NCBI GenBank assembly: GCA_046881885.1
Contig: JBKSMP010000026.1
Coordinates: forward strand, 1-32,000
DNA from: Opitutales bacterium
Lineage (GTDB): Bacteria; Verrucomicrobiota; Verrucomicrobiia; Opitutales; UBA9783
Direction of reading: 5' to 3'
DNA: 32,000 bases
Program-made: the position numbers and the translations under genes
Shown: one piece after another, positions 15,635-25,459 of the stretch
How positions within the stretch are numbered: the stretch's first letter is position 1
Layout of the letters: every line of letters begins with the position of its first letter
Notes under the pieces: model-generated
Seen by the model: only the letters and a program-made list of their open reading frames with translations
Told to the model about the DNA's origin: nothing
Database searches by the model: none

Positions 15635-16098
15635 AAAAACCATACCCTATTCTTATTTTAGACGATGATGAGGCAATTTTAAAGGCTTTGTTGGAAACGC
15701 TGAAATTAGAAGGTTACGTGTGCCAAGGAACGACACATGCAAAAGAAGCTTTAGAATTATTACCTCAAAAAACGTTTGCGGTTGTTCTTTCAGATCAGCG
15801 TATGGCAGAACTTAATGGTACTTACTTTTTGCAGCAGGTAAAAGAAATACAGCCTAAATGTTCACGTATTTTGATTACAGGAGTCTTAACAAGTGAAATG
15901 TTTTTGGAAGCTATTAATAAAGCTGAAGTTTTTAGGTGTTTAGCTAAACCTTGGATGCGAGAACATCTGATTCAGACCATAAAAGAAGCTTATAGTGCAT
16001 TTGAGATAAAATTGGCTTATGAAGAAGCTCATCAGGCACTTTTAGAAACAAATCAACAGCTAATAGACGAAAACATTCAATTGCGACGTCATCAATGA
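15631..16098 (+). CDS. Single-domain response regulator (receiver) with a C-terminal helical tail
   Basis: ILILDDDE, a phospho-acceptor context VVLSDQRM, ILITG and LAKPW. The last ~35 aa are heptad-like (EIKLAYEEAHQALLETNQQLIDENIQL). ATGA overlaps occur on both sides. Confidence 0.85.
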   Translation: MKKPYPILILDDDEAILKALLETLKLEGYVCQGTTHAKEALELLPQKTFAVVLSDQRMAELNGTYFLQQVKEIQPKCSRILITGVLTSEMFLEAINKAEVFRCLAKPWMREHLIQTIKEAYSAFEIKLAYEEAHQALLETNQQLIDENIQLRRHQ

Positions 16099-18206
16099 GT
16101 ACTGCAGATTCTATTTTAATCGTCGAAGATGACGTAAATTCTGCTTTTGTCCTAAAAGCTATCTTGCAAAAAGCAGGTTATTCTATATTGCCAATTGCTT
16201 CTAGTGGCGAGATGGCATTGCAACTAGCAGAAGAACATCATCCTTCGCTTTTATTGATGGATATTACCTTGTCGGGGAGTTTAGACGGAATCGATACCAC
16301 TCTAAAAATTAAGCAAAAATACGATGTTCCCGTTATTTACTTGACGGGATACACGTCTGAGGACGTTATTCGTCGAGCAAAAGCGTCGACCCCATTTGGA
16401 TTTCTTTTAAAGCCTTATACGGCAAAAATGGTACTCATTACAACCGAAATGGCTTTACATAAAGCTTCTATTGAACGTGAATCAAAAGATACTAAGAGAC
16501 GTTTAGCGGTTACCTTGGGAACCTTGCAAAATCCTATTTTTTCAATAAATCCAGAAGGTCTTATTACGTATGCAAATCCTGCGGCTCAGCAGTTTTTAGA
16601 AAAGCCATTACATGCAATTTTAAATCAATCTTTTGACAAATTATTGCCGCTTTATTGTATGGAAGATTTGCGGCAATATAATTCTTTTTTAGACTTCCTA
16701 GATACCGATTTAGATAAAGTTATTTGTTTTGATAAAAATCAGGAAAAAGTGTACTTATATATCCAGGTAAGTGCTTTAAAAGATTTTTATAATAGCATCC
16801 AAGGTTATGTAATTTCCTTAAATGATTTTACAGAACGTTTTTTGTTGCGTGCAAAAGAGTCTATGTTGGCCTCTGCGCTGACGAGTTCACAAGAAGGTGT
16901 TATTGTTACCGAAGTTGATCCCAAGGCATCAGATTACAAGATAAAATATGCAAATCAGAGTTTGTTGACGCTTTTAAAGACGACGTCAGAAGCCTTAGTT
17001 GGACAGTCGTTAACAAAGTTGTTTTGTGAAAATTTTAATGAGACAATTATTCGTGCATTAGCAGAAAATTGTGCTTATACGGCCGATACCATCGTTTTAT
17101 GCGAAGACGGAGAGCAAAAATTGACGAACTGGAGCTTGTCTCCATTTTTTGATAATCAACTGCAATTGCACCATACCGTTATTACCGTAAGGGATGTTAC
17201 GCAATTGAGGAAAATGGAAGAAAATTTGCGTCAGACTCAAAAAATAGAGGCTGTTGGACGTTTGGCCAGCGGTATTGCGCACGATTTTAATAACTTATTA
17301 TCGATTATTAATGGCTGTACGGATCTGGCACTTGCACAAAAATCCTCCAGCGAAAAGATTGAAGATTATTTGAAAAGCATCCATGAAGCCGGTGAGCGTG
17401 GTGCTGTTCTTGTCCAGCAACTCATGTTGTTTAGCCGCAAAAACATAGAAGAAGTTGAGCAAAAAGATGTTTGTTATCCTACAGATGTTATTCGGAAAAC
17501 TTTAGCAATGTTGCGGAATTGGTTAGGCAAGGATATTCTTTTGTCTGAAGATATAGAAGCAAATTTATGGCCATTAAAATTATCTGAAACACATTTGGAT
17601 CAAATTTTAGTGAACCTTTGTGTAAATGCAAAAGATGCGATGCCTAATGGTGGAAAAATAGAGATTATTGCTAAAAATTTCAAAGGATGTCCTCAAGGCT
17701 TAATCGAGGGTTCATATATTCAAATTTCTGTCCAAGATCAGGGCGAGGGTATGGATGATGAAACTCAAAAGAAAATTTTTGAGCCCTTTTTTACAACAAA
17801 ACCAATAGGAAAAGGTACTGGATTAGGTTTGGCGAGTGTTTACGGGATTATAAAACGTTATGATGGTACCATTGTTGTTGAAAGTACCAAAACGCAAGGA
17901 TCTGTATTTACTTTTTATCTACCAGCACATATGCCAAAACAAAGTCTTTCTATTCTTAAAAAGACAAGCATTAGGCGTTGTTATTTAAATCTCGATGAAG
18001 CTATTTGTAGGGCCTTAAAACCTTGTTTACGTATAGAGGGTTGGTCTGTTGTAGACACTGTAAATGAAGAAGAGTCTTGTGTAATCATTTCACATGAACC
18101 TTCTGCAGATGTTTATGTTCCAAGAAATTTTACCTCACAATCGATTGTACAGCATCCCTTTGCAATCACGCAAATCTTAGAAGAAATGCGAAAACGCTTA
18201 CCATGA
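16095..18206 (+). CDS. Hybrid sensor kinase: receiver - PAS-like regions - HisKA - HATPase - degenerate C-terminal receiver-like tail
   Basis: N-terminal REC (ILIVEDD, LLLMDITL, YLTG, LLKP). H-box GRLASGIAHDFNNLL, N-box NLCVNAKDAM, G1 DQGEGMD, FEPFFTTK, and G2 GTGLGLASV. The central ~250 aa resemble PAS domains. The last ~100 aa lack the acidic pocket. Confidence 0.85.
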   Translation: MSTADSILIVEDDVNSAFVLKAILQKAGYSILPIASSGEMALQLAEEHHPSLLLMDITLSGSLDGIDTTLKIKQKYDVPVIYLTGYTSEDVIRRAKASTPFGFLLKPYTAKMVLITTEMALHKASIERESKDTKRRLAVTLGTLQNPIFSINPEGLITYANPAAQQFLEKPLHAILNQSFDKLLPLYCMEDLRQYNSFLDFLDTDLDKVICFDKNQEKVYLYIQVSALKDFYNSIQGYVISLNDFTERFLLRAKESMLASALTSSQEGVIVTEVDPKASDYKIKYANQSLLTLLKTTSEALVGQSLTKLFCENFNETIIRALAENCAYTADTIVLCEDGEQKLTNWSLSPFFDNQLQLHHTVITVRDVTQLRKMEENLRQTQKIEAVGRLASGIAHDFNNLLSIINGCTDLALAQKSSSEKIEDYLKSIHEAGERGAVLVQQLMLFSRKNIEEVEQKDVCYPTDVIRKTLAMLRNWLGKDILLSEDIEANLWPLKLSETHLDQILVNLCVNAKDAMPNGGKIEIIAKNFKGCPQGLIEGSYIQISVQDQGEGMDDETQKKIFEPFFTTKPIGKGTGLGLASVYGIIKRYDGTIVVESTKTQGSVFTFYLPAHMPKQSLSILKKTSIRRCYLNLDEAICRALKPCLRIEGWSVVDTVNEEESCVIISHEPSADVYVPRNFTSQSIVQHPFAITQILEEMRKRLP

Positions 18207-18233
18207 TTTGCTTATAATTTCTTTTATTTAAGC

Positions 18234-18261
18234 TTGAAATTTCTTTAAAAATAGCCATAAT
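18234..18261 (+). promoter_or_regulatory. Putative sigma-70-type promoter for hppA (TTGAAA-16 nt-CATAAT)
   Basis: -35 TTGAAA at 18234-18239 and -10 CATAAT at 18256-18261, about 45 nt upstream of the ATG. GGAAAGG SD-like sequence lies at 18293-18299. Confidence 0.4.
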
Positions 18262-18306
18262 TTTTAATAAAGAGGTAAATTTGTTTTTTACTGGAAAGGT
18301 AATATT

Positions 18307-20487
18307 ATGATGAACGGATTGTTTTGGTTAGCGCCTATTGCAGGCTTAAGTGCCTTAATTTTTGCTTTCTACTTTTATAAGCAAATGATTGCAGAAAGCG
18401 AGGGTAATGAGACGATGCGTACGATTGCTTCGCATGTAAGAGAAGGTGCTATGGCCTATCTTAAGCAGCAATACAAAGTAGTCGGCATGGTTTTTGTCGT
18501 TTTAGCTTTGTTATTAGCGTTTTTAGCTTATGGTTTAGACTTGCAAAATGATTGGGTTCCATTTGCCTTTTTAACCAGTGGTTTTTTCTCGGGTTTGGCT
18601 GGTTTTTTTGGAATGAAGACGGCAACAGCTGCGTCTTCACGTACTGCAGAAGCCGCTCGTCATTCGCTTAATAAAGGTTTGACAGTTGCTTTCCGTAGTG
18701 GAGCGGTTATGGGCTTGACGGTTGTTGGCTTGGCTGTAATGGATTATTCTTTCTGGTTTTATATTCTCAATAGCTGCATAAAAGCGGTTTCAGAAGCAGA
18801 AAAAATGCTATTGATTACAACAACCATGGTTACATTTGGTATTGGTGCTTCTTTACAAGCTTTATTTGCTCGTGTAGGTGGTGGTATTTTCACGAAAGCT
18901 GCCGACGTTGGAGCAGATTTAGTGGGTAAAGTTGAAGCTGGAATTCCTGAAGATGATCCGCGTAATCCTGCTACCATTGCAGATAATGTTGGTGATAACG
19001 TTGGTGATGTTGCCGGTATGGGAGCTGACCTTTACGAATCTTATTATGGATCGATTTTGGCCGCAGCTTCTTTGGGGGCATTGGCTTTCTTTAATCAACC
19101 TCAATTACAATGGAATGCGGTTTTGGCTCCAGTATTAATGGGGGCACTTGGAATTTTCTTGTCCTTGGGTGGTATTTTCTTTGTTAAAGTTGGTGGAGAT
19201 GAATCCGGAAAAGCAATTTTGAAGGCATTAGATCGTGGTATTCATGTCGCAGCAGTTGGCTTAATCATCTGTTCCTACTTCTTATTAAATTACTTAGGTT
19301 TGGGTACTCATGTTTGGGGTGCTCTTGTTTCCGGATTGATAACCGGTATTGTTATCGGTAAAGGCAGTGAATATTATACCTCTAGCGAGTACAAACCAAC
19401 ACGTCGTATTGCCGAAAAGGCGAGTACGGGGCCTGGACCTGTCATTATTGGTGGCTTAGGTGAAGGTATGGCATCAACCTTAATTCCTGTTATTGCAGTG
19501 GTTATTGGTATGTCTTTGGCATTCGGATTTGCTTCTAAATTCCAAGCTTCTGCCATCAATGAAGGACTTTACGGTATTGGTTTGGCCGCAGTTGGAATGT
19601 TGGCAACTTTAGGTATTACCTTGGCAACCGATGCTTATGGACCAATTGCCGATAATGCTGGTGGTAATGCTGAAATGAGTGGTTTGCCTGGCGAAGTTCG
19701 TCAACGTACGGATGCCTTGGATGCCATTGGAAATACAACTGCAGCAACCGGAAAAGGTTTTGCTATTGGATCGGCAGCATTAACAGCTTTAGCATTGATC
19801 GCATCTTATGTTCAAGAATTGAAGTTAGGTTTAGTTCGTATTGGTAAGGATGTCTTAGAAATCAATGGAGAGATGGTTCGTACCTTGGATACTACCTTGG
19901 TTCAGTTAATGCATTTCTTTGAAGTACATTTGTTGAATCCGAAAGTTTTGATGGGAATGTTTATCGGTGCAATGTTGGCATTCGTTTTCTGTGGAATGGC
20001 AATGAATGCAGTTGGTCGTGCCGCTTCTAAGATGGTTGATGAAGTACGTCGTCAGTTCCGTGAAATTAAAGGTATCCTTACAGGTGAAGCTAAGCCAGAT
20101 TATTCTCGCTGTGTTCGTATTTCAACGGAATCAGCACAACGTGAAATGCTCTTGCCTGCATTCATGACCATTGCTTTCCCATTCATTGTTGGTGTATGCT
20201 TAGGCGTACCCGGAGTTATTGGTATGTTGGCTGGAACACTATCTTGTGGCTTTGTTCTTGCAATTTTCATGGCAAATTCCGGAGGCGCTTGGGACAATGC
20301 CAAGAAATATATTGAAGAGGGACATTTCGGCGGAAAAGGTTCGGAAGCACACAAAGCAGCTGTTATTGGCGATACGGTTGGAGATCCATTCAAAGATACA
20401 GCAGGTCCTAGCTTGAATATTTTGTTGAAGTTGATGACAATCGCTTCTATTGTTGGTGCTGGCGTAACATTAGTTTCTCAATTTTAG
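18307..20487 (+). CDS. hppA: Membrane-bound ion-translocating pyrophosphatase (K+-dependent subtype by motif)
   Basis: [65 protein letters not shown], and [22 protein letters not shown]. 726-aa polytopic protein. Confidence 0.95.
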   Translation: MMNGLFWLAPIAGLSALIFAFYFYKQMIAESEGNETMRTIASHVREGAMAYLKQQYKVVGMVFVVLALLLAFLAYGLDLQNDWVPFAFLTSGFFSGLAGFFGMKTATAASSRTAEAARHSLNKGLTVAFRSGAVMGLTVVGLAVMDYSFWFYILNSCIKAVSEAEKMLLITTTMVTFGIGASLQALFARVGGGIFTKAADVGADLVGKVEAGIPEDDPRNPATIADNVGDNVGDVAGMGADLYESYYGSILAAASLGALAFFNQPQLQWNAVLAPVLMGALGIFLSLGGIFFVKVGGDESGKAILKALDRGIHVAAVGLIICSYFLLNYLGLGTHVWGALVSGLITGIVIGKGSEYYTSSEYKPTRRIAEKASTGPGPVIIGGLGEGMASTLIPVIAVVIGMSLAFGFASKFQASAINEGLYGIGLAAVGMLATLGITLATDAYGPIADNAGGNAEMSGLPGEVRQRTDALDAIGNTTAATGKGFAIGSAALTALALIASYVQELKLGLVRIGKDVLEINGEMVRTLDTTLVQLMHFFEVHLLNPKVLMGMFIGAMLAFVFCGMAMNAVGRAASKMVDEVRRQFREIKGILTGEAKPDYSRCVRISTESAQREMLLPAFMTIAFPFIVGVCLGVPGVIGMLAGTLSCGFVLAIFMANSGGAWDNAKKYIEEGHFGGKGSEAHKAAVIGDTVGDPFKDTAGPSLNILLKLMTIASIVGAGVTLVSQF

Positions 20488-20493
20488 TATTGC

Positions 20494-20530
20494 CAACGAA
20501 CATAAAAGTCTTTGATAATTATGTTCGTTG
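20494..20530 (+). other. 10-bp perfect stem-loop between hppA and tRNA-Ser (processing or weak termination element)
   Basis: CAACGAACAT (20494-20503) pairs with ATGTTCGTTG (20521-20530) across a 17-nt loop. Only TT follows, and the tRNA begins 4 nt later. Confidence 0.35.
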
Positions 20531-20533
20531 TTA

Positions 20534-20623
20534 GGAGAGATGACAGAGTGGCCGATCGTGCAGCACTGGAAATGCTGTGTACTCGCAAGGGTACCGAGGG
20601 TTCGAATCCCTCTCTCTCCGCCA
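20534..20623 (+). tRNA. tRNA-Ser (anticodon GGA), class II with long variable arm, CCA encoded
   Basis: Acceptor GGAGAGA/TCTCTCC, anticodon arm CAGCA-CTGGAAA-TGCTG, variable arm GTACTC-GCAA-GGGTAC, T arm GAGGG-TTCGAAT-CCCTC, and G-CCA. The D stem has one A-C mismatch. Confidence 0.9.
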
Positions 20624-20650
20624 GTAATTAATCATAAGTATTTCATTGTT

Positions 20651-20676
20651 AAAGGGCAGTAATGCCCTTTTTTGTT
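20651..20676 (+). terminator. Rho-independent terminator after tRNA-Ser
   Basis: AAAGGGCA-GTAA-TGCCCTTT followed by TTTGTTTT. Confidence 0.75.
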
Positions 20677-20720
20677 TTAAAGAAAAACAAAGACAATTTT
20701 GGCTAAAAATGCCTATTTTT

Positions 20721-21506
20721 TTAATGATGGCGTTGACGACGCGCTTCGTAGAGGCAGAGTGTTCCGGAGATATTGGCATTTAACGAGTCTGCAGATTGGC
20801 CGTACATCGGAATAACGACTTGGGTAGCGTTTTCGAGCCAAGTTTTAGACAGGCCAAAGGCTTCACTACCAACACAAATAACAGAGCCTTTTTTCATGTC
20901 GCAATCCCAATAAGTAAGATCTGTATGCGGTGTTGTTGCAATCATTTGGAGTCCAGCATTTTTGAAAAGCTGGAGTAGATTGTCTGAGGTATCCCAATAG
21001 ATTTTAAGATTAAATACAGCGCCTTGGGAAGCACGAATAACATTGGGGTTAAAAATGTTTACAACTGGATTTGCGATAAAGAAGCCATCGACATGAGTGG
21101 CTTCAGCGGAACGCATCAATGCACCTAGATTTCCGGGTTTTTCCAAGCCTTCTACCAGAAGATAGAGGCCGTTAGGATCAAGTTTACAGTGTGACAAATC
21201 GCTAGACCAAGTTTTTGCGATCCCCATCACACCGTCTGGATTTTCGCGGATACTTAATTTTGCAAAAAGCTCATCCGATAAAATCGTTGCTTGCGAAAAA
21301 TGAGGACCAAAGCTGCTTGTAATCGTTTCGTTTTTTATGGCGCTTTCGCTGAAAACAAAAGAAAGAATTGGTAGGTTTGCTTTTAACGCACGACTTAATT
21401 CACGTTTCCCTTCAATGATGAATCGTTCGGACTTTTTTCGACCTCTATTGGTGGTTAAAGCCAATAAATCTTTGTAGTTCGCGTTTGTTTTGCTAGAAAT
21501 AATCAT
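20721..21506 (-). CDS. TrmH/SpoU-family RNA 2'-O-ribose methyltransferase
   Basis: An N-terminal substrate-binding domain followed by SPOUT motifs: LVEGLEKPGNLGALMRSA, NPNVIRASQGAVF, VCVGSEAFGLS and SLNANISGTLCLYE. Confidence 0.8.
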   Translation of the reverse strand: MIISSKTNANYKDLLALTTNRGRKKSERFIIEGKRELSRALKANLPILSFVFSESAIKNETITSSFGPHFSQATILSDELFAKLSIRENPDGVMGIAKTWSSDLSHCKLDPNGLYLLVEGLEKPGNLGALMRSAEATHVDGFFIANPVVNIFNPNVIRASQGAVFNLKIYWDTSDNLLQLFKNAGLQMIATTPHTDLTYWDCDMKKGSVICVGSEAFGLSKTWLENATQVVIPMYGQSADSLNANISGTLCLYEARRQRHH

Positions 21507-23719
21507 TGTGCAAACAAGCCGTTAGTAGGGTTTATTTTTCCGTAACACCAAAGCTGTGGTGTTTGTTTTAAGGATAAAGCTTGGATCCAATCAAGCATCA
21601 ATTGTAAAGCTTCATACTCAAAAATATCAAAACCATCGGGTTTTTTATCTGCAGATTGTTTTTGTAAATCTTTGAGAAGAATCTTTTTATACATTGGACG
21701 CCATGCTTGGAAGGATTTTTCAAGCTCTTTCAATTCTTTTTTAAAAGCACGATCTTCATTGATGTTGGCAATACGATCTTTTAGATTAAGCGAAAATTGT
21801 GTTTGTTTATATTTCTTGGCGAACCAATAAACTTGCTTTTGATACCAATCGTACATAGGTTGAGTGTTTTGACGTAAATGTTGATTTTGGACAAGATATT
21901 GCAATAATCCAGGCTTGATCCAATAACAAGTGGCGTCTTTTTGAAATGAAGTTTGCATCGGTTCCATAGAGTCCCAAGGAAGTGAGTTGGGCAAATCCGA
22001 TTCCCCAATCGGTAGGCAATCATAAATCGATGGCATTGCGATATCAGCACGAACACCACGTTGTTGCGTCGATAAACCATTTGGCAAATACCATTTTTGA
22101 AGGGTAAGTTTAACAGAACCCAAACGTGGAGTAACAGATGACAACATCGTCAACTTGTCCATTTCAATAACTGCTTGTACGGTTCCTTTGCCATGTGTCG
22201 TACTATCGCCAAAAATAAGCGCACGATTACAGCATTGTAAGGCCCCTACAACAATTTCGGAAGCAGATGCGCTGAAACGCGACGTTAAAAGCAGAAGCGG
22301 ACCTTCCCAAATACAACTGTCTTTTGAAGCACTTTGGGAAACACTATTATTCATATGGTCCTTTACTTGTACGACAGGACATTCGTTAAGAAAAAGACCG
22401 GCAAGATTAACCGCTTCTGTAAGTAAACCACCACCATTGCGACGAAGATCCAAAATAAGGCCTTCTACATGGTATTGTTTTAATTGCTGAATAAGTTTGG
22501 CGACATCCTTACTTAAGGTATGGGCTTCGAGGTCTTCTGTATTGTCTGGGCCATAAAACGCAGGTAAATTTAAGACTGCGATTGAGTGATAATTACCTTC
22601 TTGATCGATTAAAGAGTATACTTTTGCGGAAGCTAAATTTTCTTCGAGTTTAATCTCGTCACGAATCAATTCAATAACTTTTCGATCGGAAGGTTCTCCA
22701 TCAACCGGTTGAACAAGTAAGCGTACTTTAGTCCCTTTTGGCCCACGCATCAGCTTTACCGAACGTCGCAATTTCATGCCTTGGATGCTTATAAAGTCTT
22801 CATCACCTTGAGCTACTGACAAAATTTTATCGCCAGCTTTAAGCAATTGGCAACGTTCTGCAGGACCACCAGGTAGGAGCTCTTTAATTACACAAGAACC
22901 TTTTTCTTCACTGAGATATGCGCCAATACCGACCAAAGAATTTGACAAGCTAATTGCAAAATCTTCCATGGAATCAGCCGAAAAAAAGGTAGTATGTGGA
23001 TCATACATTTGTGTTAAAGCATTACAATAGAGTTCTTGGATATCGACAGCTTCGACGTCGGTGCATTGCTTATAAAAATTTTGATACCGCTCGCTCAAGG
23101 TTTTACGTGCCGTTTTTTCTGCCTTTAAAACCAATTCTTCCGTTAGAACGGTTTCGGTTGTAGGCTCTTCTAGTTCGATCCCTTCCTCGGTTTGAGGAGA
23201 ATGAGAAGATAACATTTCATTTAATAGTTCATGAAGTAGGCGCTTTTCCCAAGCTAAATCGAGACCAATGGTGCTGTTTTCCAATTCGACATGCTTGCGT
23301 TCAGTATCGTAAGTTTCGTGAGAGTAAAAGGAAAAAGGCGATTGAAGGCGTTTTTCAATCCATTGTGTACGAAATTGAACCATTTCACAATATTTGGCAA
23401 AAATATCGAAACCAGGAATAAGGCTGCCTCCATGCCACAGTAGATTAAAAGAAGGTAAGTATGTGTTTTTGAAGGCCTCTACTTGATTTTTTGAAAAAAA
23501 GAGCTTTTCAGGATCAAGAGCTTTAAAATAATTTTGCAAAATAGCTTCTTCGCCAATATCTTTTAAATTTTTTTGTAAAAAATGAAGTTGTTCCAATAAT
23601 TGCACCAAGAAAATGGTTTCTGTGCGCATTGTAGCATTGGCTTCAAGTGTCTTCGCTTGAGCTGAAATAATGACACCAAAGTAGACTAAAAACGTTTTTA
23701 ATAGCAGTTTTATATTCAT
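21503..23719 (-). CDS. prc: Tail-specific (C-terminal processing) protease, S41 family
   Basis: Signal peptide MNIKLLLKTFLVYFGVIISAQA, a PDZ segment (GIGAYLSEEKGSCVIKELLPGGPAERCQLLKAGDKILSV), LDLRRNGGG, a catalytic Ser context SRFSASASEI, and a Lys context HGKGTVQ. 738 aa. Confidence 0.88.
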   Translation of the reverse strand: MNIKLLLKTFLVYFGVIISAQAKTLEANATMRTETIFLVQLLEQLHFLQKNLKDIGEEAILQNYFKALDPEKLFFSKNQVEAFKNTYLPSFNLLWHGGSLIPGFDIFAKYCEMVQFRTQWIEKRLQSPFSFYSHETYDTERKHVELENSTIGLDLAWEKRLLHELLNEMLSSHSPQTEEGIELEEPTTETVLTEELVLKAEKTARKTLSERYQNFYKQCTDVEAVDIQELYCNALTQMYDPHTTFFSADSMEDFAISLSNSLVGIGAYLSEEKGSCVIKELLPGGPAERCQLLKAGDKILSVAQGDEDFISIQGMKLRRSVKLMRGPKGTKVRLLVQPVDGEPSDRKVIELIRDEIKLEENLASAKVYSLIDQEGNYHSIAVLNLPAFYGPDNTEDLEAHTLSKDVAKLIQQLKQYHVEGLILDLRRNGGGLLTEAVNLAGLFLNECPVVQVKDHMNNSVSQSASKDSCIWEGPLLLLTSRFSASASEIVVGALQCCNRALIFGDSTTHGKGTVQAVIEMDKLTMLSSVTPRLGSVKLTLQKWYLPNGLSTQQRGVRADIAMPSIYDCLPIGESDLPNSLPWDSMEPMQTSFQKDATCYWIKPGLLQYLVQNQHLRQNTQPMYDWYQKQVYWFAKKYKQTQFSLNLKDRIANINEDRAFKKELKELEKSFQAWRPMYKKILLKDLQKQSADKKPDGFDIFEYEALQLMLDWIQALSLKQTPQLWCYGKINPTNGLFAQ

Positions 23720-24531
23720 TTGAGTTTCCTATAATTTTCTAACCATCTTCTTTCCTCAGCAGAAAGCGCACCAATTCCTTCTTCTTGCAATTTTTTTAAT
23801 AAACCAAAAGGAACGTCTTGGATGACATTGTCCTGCTCAATATGTACAAAATAACGCGATTTTTGTGTGGTTTGTTGGGGTTTATTTTTGGGATGGTTCT
23901 CGGCATAATTTTGGTATTTAAACCATAAATATCCCATAAGAGCACCTCCTAAATGCGCAGAATGTGCTACCAATGTCATGCCTTGAAGTTCAAAAAATAA
24001 GCAATTTAAAAGTTCATAACCGATAAAGAAGGTAAGACACCAACGTGCTTTTAAATTGACTGGAAAAACAAAGAAAAGGAGTATTGATAAGGTTTTTTCA
24101 GGGTAGAGAAGGAAAAAATAGGTCCACAAGCAAGCAACCCCTGCAGAAGCTCCAATAAGTACATAATGAGGCTGTTGCAAATGCATAAGAGACCATGCCA
24201 GCCCTCCAAAAACAATTCCAGAACTGTATAAAACAAGTAACTGTTTAAGCTTAAGCTCTCCTTGCAAAAGTAATCGGCTACTGCCATAAAACAAGAGCAA
24301 ATTGAAGAAAATATGCCAAAAGTCGCTATGTAAAAACGAATAAGTAAATAAGCGCCAAATTTGCAAGTTTATACAAGAACTTGGTTGTAAACAAAAAAGT
24401 GCATCCAACAAGCCACAATTAAACCAAACATGCGTGATTTGCTGAAAAATAAAAACAATGAAATAAAACCATAAAATACGATTTATCCACCGCGTTGTTA
24501 GTGTTTCCGGCCGGTAAAAAAATCCATTCAT
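23716..24531 (-). CDS. Rhomboid-family intramembrane serine protease with a ~70-aa C-terminal soluble tail
   Basis: Six or seven hydrophobic helices, SFLHSDFWHIFFN, a GASAGV catalytic Ser motif, and an AHLGGALMGY His motif. A 4-nt overlap with the protease gene downstream. Confidence 0.82.
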   Translation of the reverse strand: MNGFFYRPETLTTRWINRILWFYFIVFIFQQITHVWFNCGLLDALFCLQPSSCINLQIWRLFTYSFLHSDFWHIFFNLLLFYGSSRLLLQGELKLKQLLVLYSSGIVFGGLAWSLMHLQQPHYVLIGASAGVACLWTYFFLLYPEKTLSILLFFVFPVNLKARWCLTFFIGYELLNCLFFELQGMTLVAHSAHLGGALMGYLWFKYQNYAENHPKNKPQQTTQKSRYFVHIEQDNVIQDVPFGLLKKLQEEGIGALSAEERRWLENYRKLK

Positions 24532-24704
24532 ATGTCTAGTTTCAGAAATTTATTGCCATATCGCAAGATTTAATGCAATGAAACTTAAAGTTTTCTAGGG
24601 TTATGGGTAAATTTTTTGTACAAATTGTCGTTACAATTGTCCAATAACTATTGAATTTAAAGTAAAATATTGACAAGCCCTAAGATCGCGATGCAATTAA
24701 AAGA

Positions 24705-25436
24705 ATGCGTTGGAAATGTGTTTGTGCTTATGAAGGAACCAATTTCTGTGGTTGGCAAAGTCAACCCAATGGAAATGGTGTTCAGGATCATATAGAAGCA
24801 CGTTTAGCGGCTGTTTTTAAGCGTTTTGTGCGTATTCATGGTAGTAGCCGAACAGATGCTGGAGTACATGCACGAGGTCAGGTTTTCCATTTCGATGCAG
24901 ATTGGTTACATGGTTCAGAAGCGCTTAAGCGTTCTATAAATTCTCAGCTTGATTTATGCATTCAAGTAAAAAATGTTGTTCAAGTTAATGAACATTTCCA
25001 CGCCCGGTTTTCAACCAAAGGAAAGCGTTATCATTATTATTTTCAGAAAACGCCAGCGGATCCGTTTGAATATCGATATGTGTGGCCATTGCTCGCAAAA
25101 GATTTTTGTTTAGAACGCATCCAAGAAGTGCTTCCATTGTTTCTAGGTACGCATAATTTCAAAGGATTTGCAGGAAAAATTCTTTCTGGTGAGAATCCTA
25201 TTAAAACGGTTCATTCTTTGAAAATCGTAGAAAATGGCGATAAATTCCATCTGGAGATTATCGGCTCAGGCTATCTGTATCGAATGGTTCGCATGATTGC
25301 AGGAGCGCTTGTTATGTGTGCTTACGGCAAAATTAATGCCCATACAATCTTGGATCGCCTCAATTTAAATAATCTCCAATTTCCTCTGCTTTGTGCCCCT
25401 GCCAAGGGTTTGTTTTTAGAAGAAGTTTATTATTAA
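24705..25436 (+). CDS. truA: tRNA pseudouridine(38-40) synthase
   Basis: YEGTNFCGWQSQPNG, a GSSRTDAGVHARGQV catalytic Asp motif, THNFKGF, and YRMVRMIAGAL. Confidence 0.92.
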   Translation: MRWKCVCAYEGTNFCGWQSQPNGNGVQDHIEARLAAVFKRFVRIHGSSRTDAGVHARGQVFHFDADWLHGSEALKRSINSQLDLCIQVKNVVQVNEHFHARFSTKGKRYHYYFQKTPADPFEYRYVWPLLAKDFCLERIQEVLPLFLGTHNFKGFAGKILSGENPIKTVHSLKIVENGDKFHLEIIGSGYLYRMVRMIAGALVMCAYGKINAHTILDRLNLNNLQFPLLCAPAKGLFLEEVYY

Positions 25437-25459
25437 ATACTTTTCTTTAACAACAAAGC

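Noticed and set aside
20531-20779. 82-aa minus-strand ORF
   Set aside because: It overlaps tRNA-Ser and its terminator; the tRNA cloverleaf explains the sequence.
24617-24642. Tandem ACAAATTGTC / ACAATTGTC palindromes upstream of truA, and TACAAATTGT recurring at 29352-29361
   Set aside because: Repeated 10-mers are expected many times by chance in 32 kb of AT-rich DNA. With no further support, I treat this as a weak operator candidate only.
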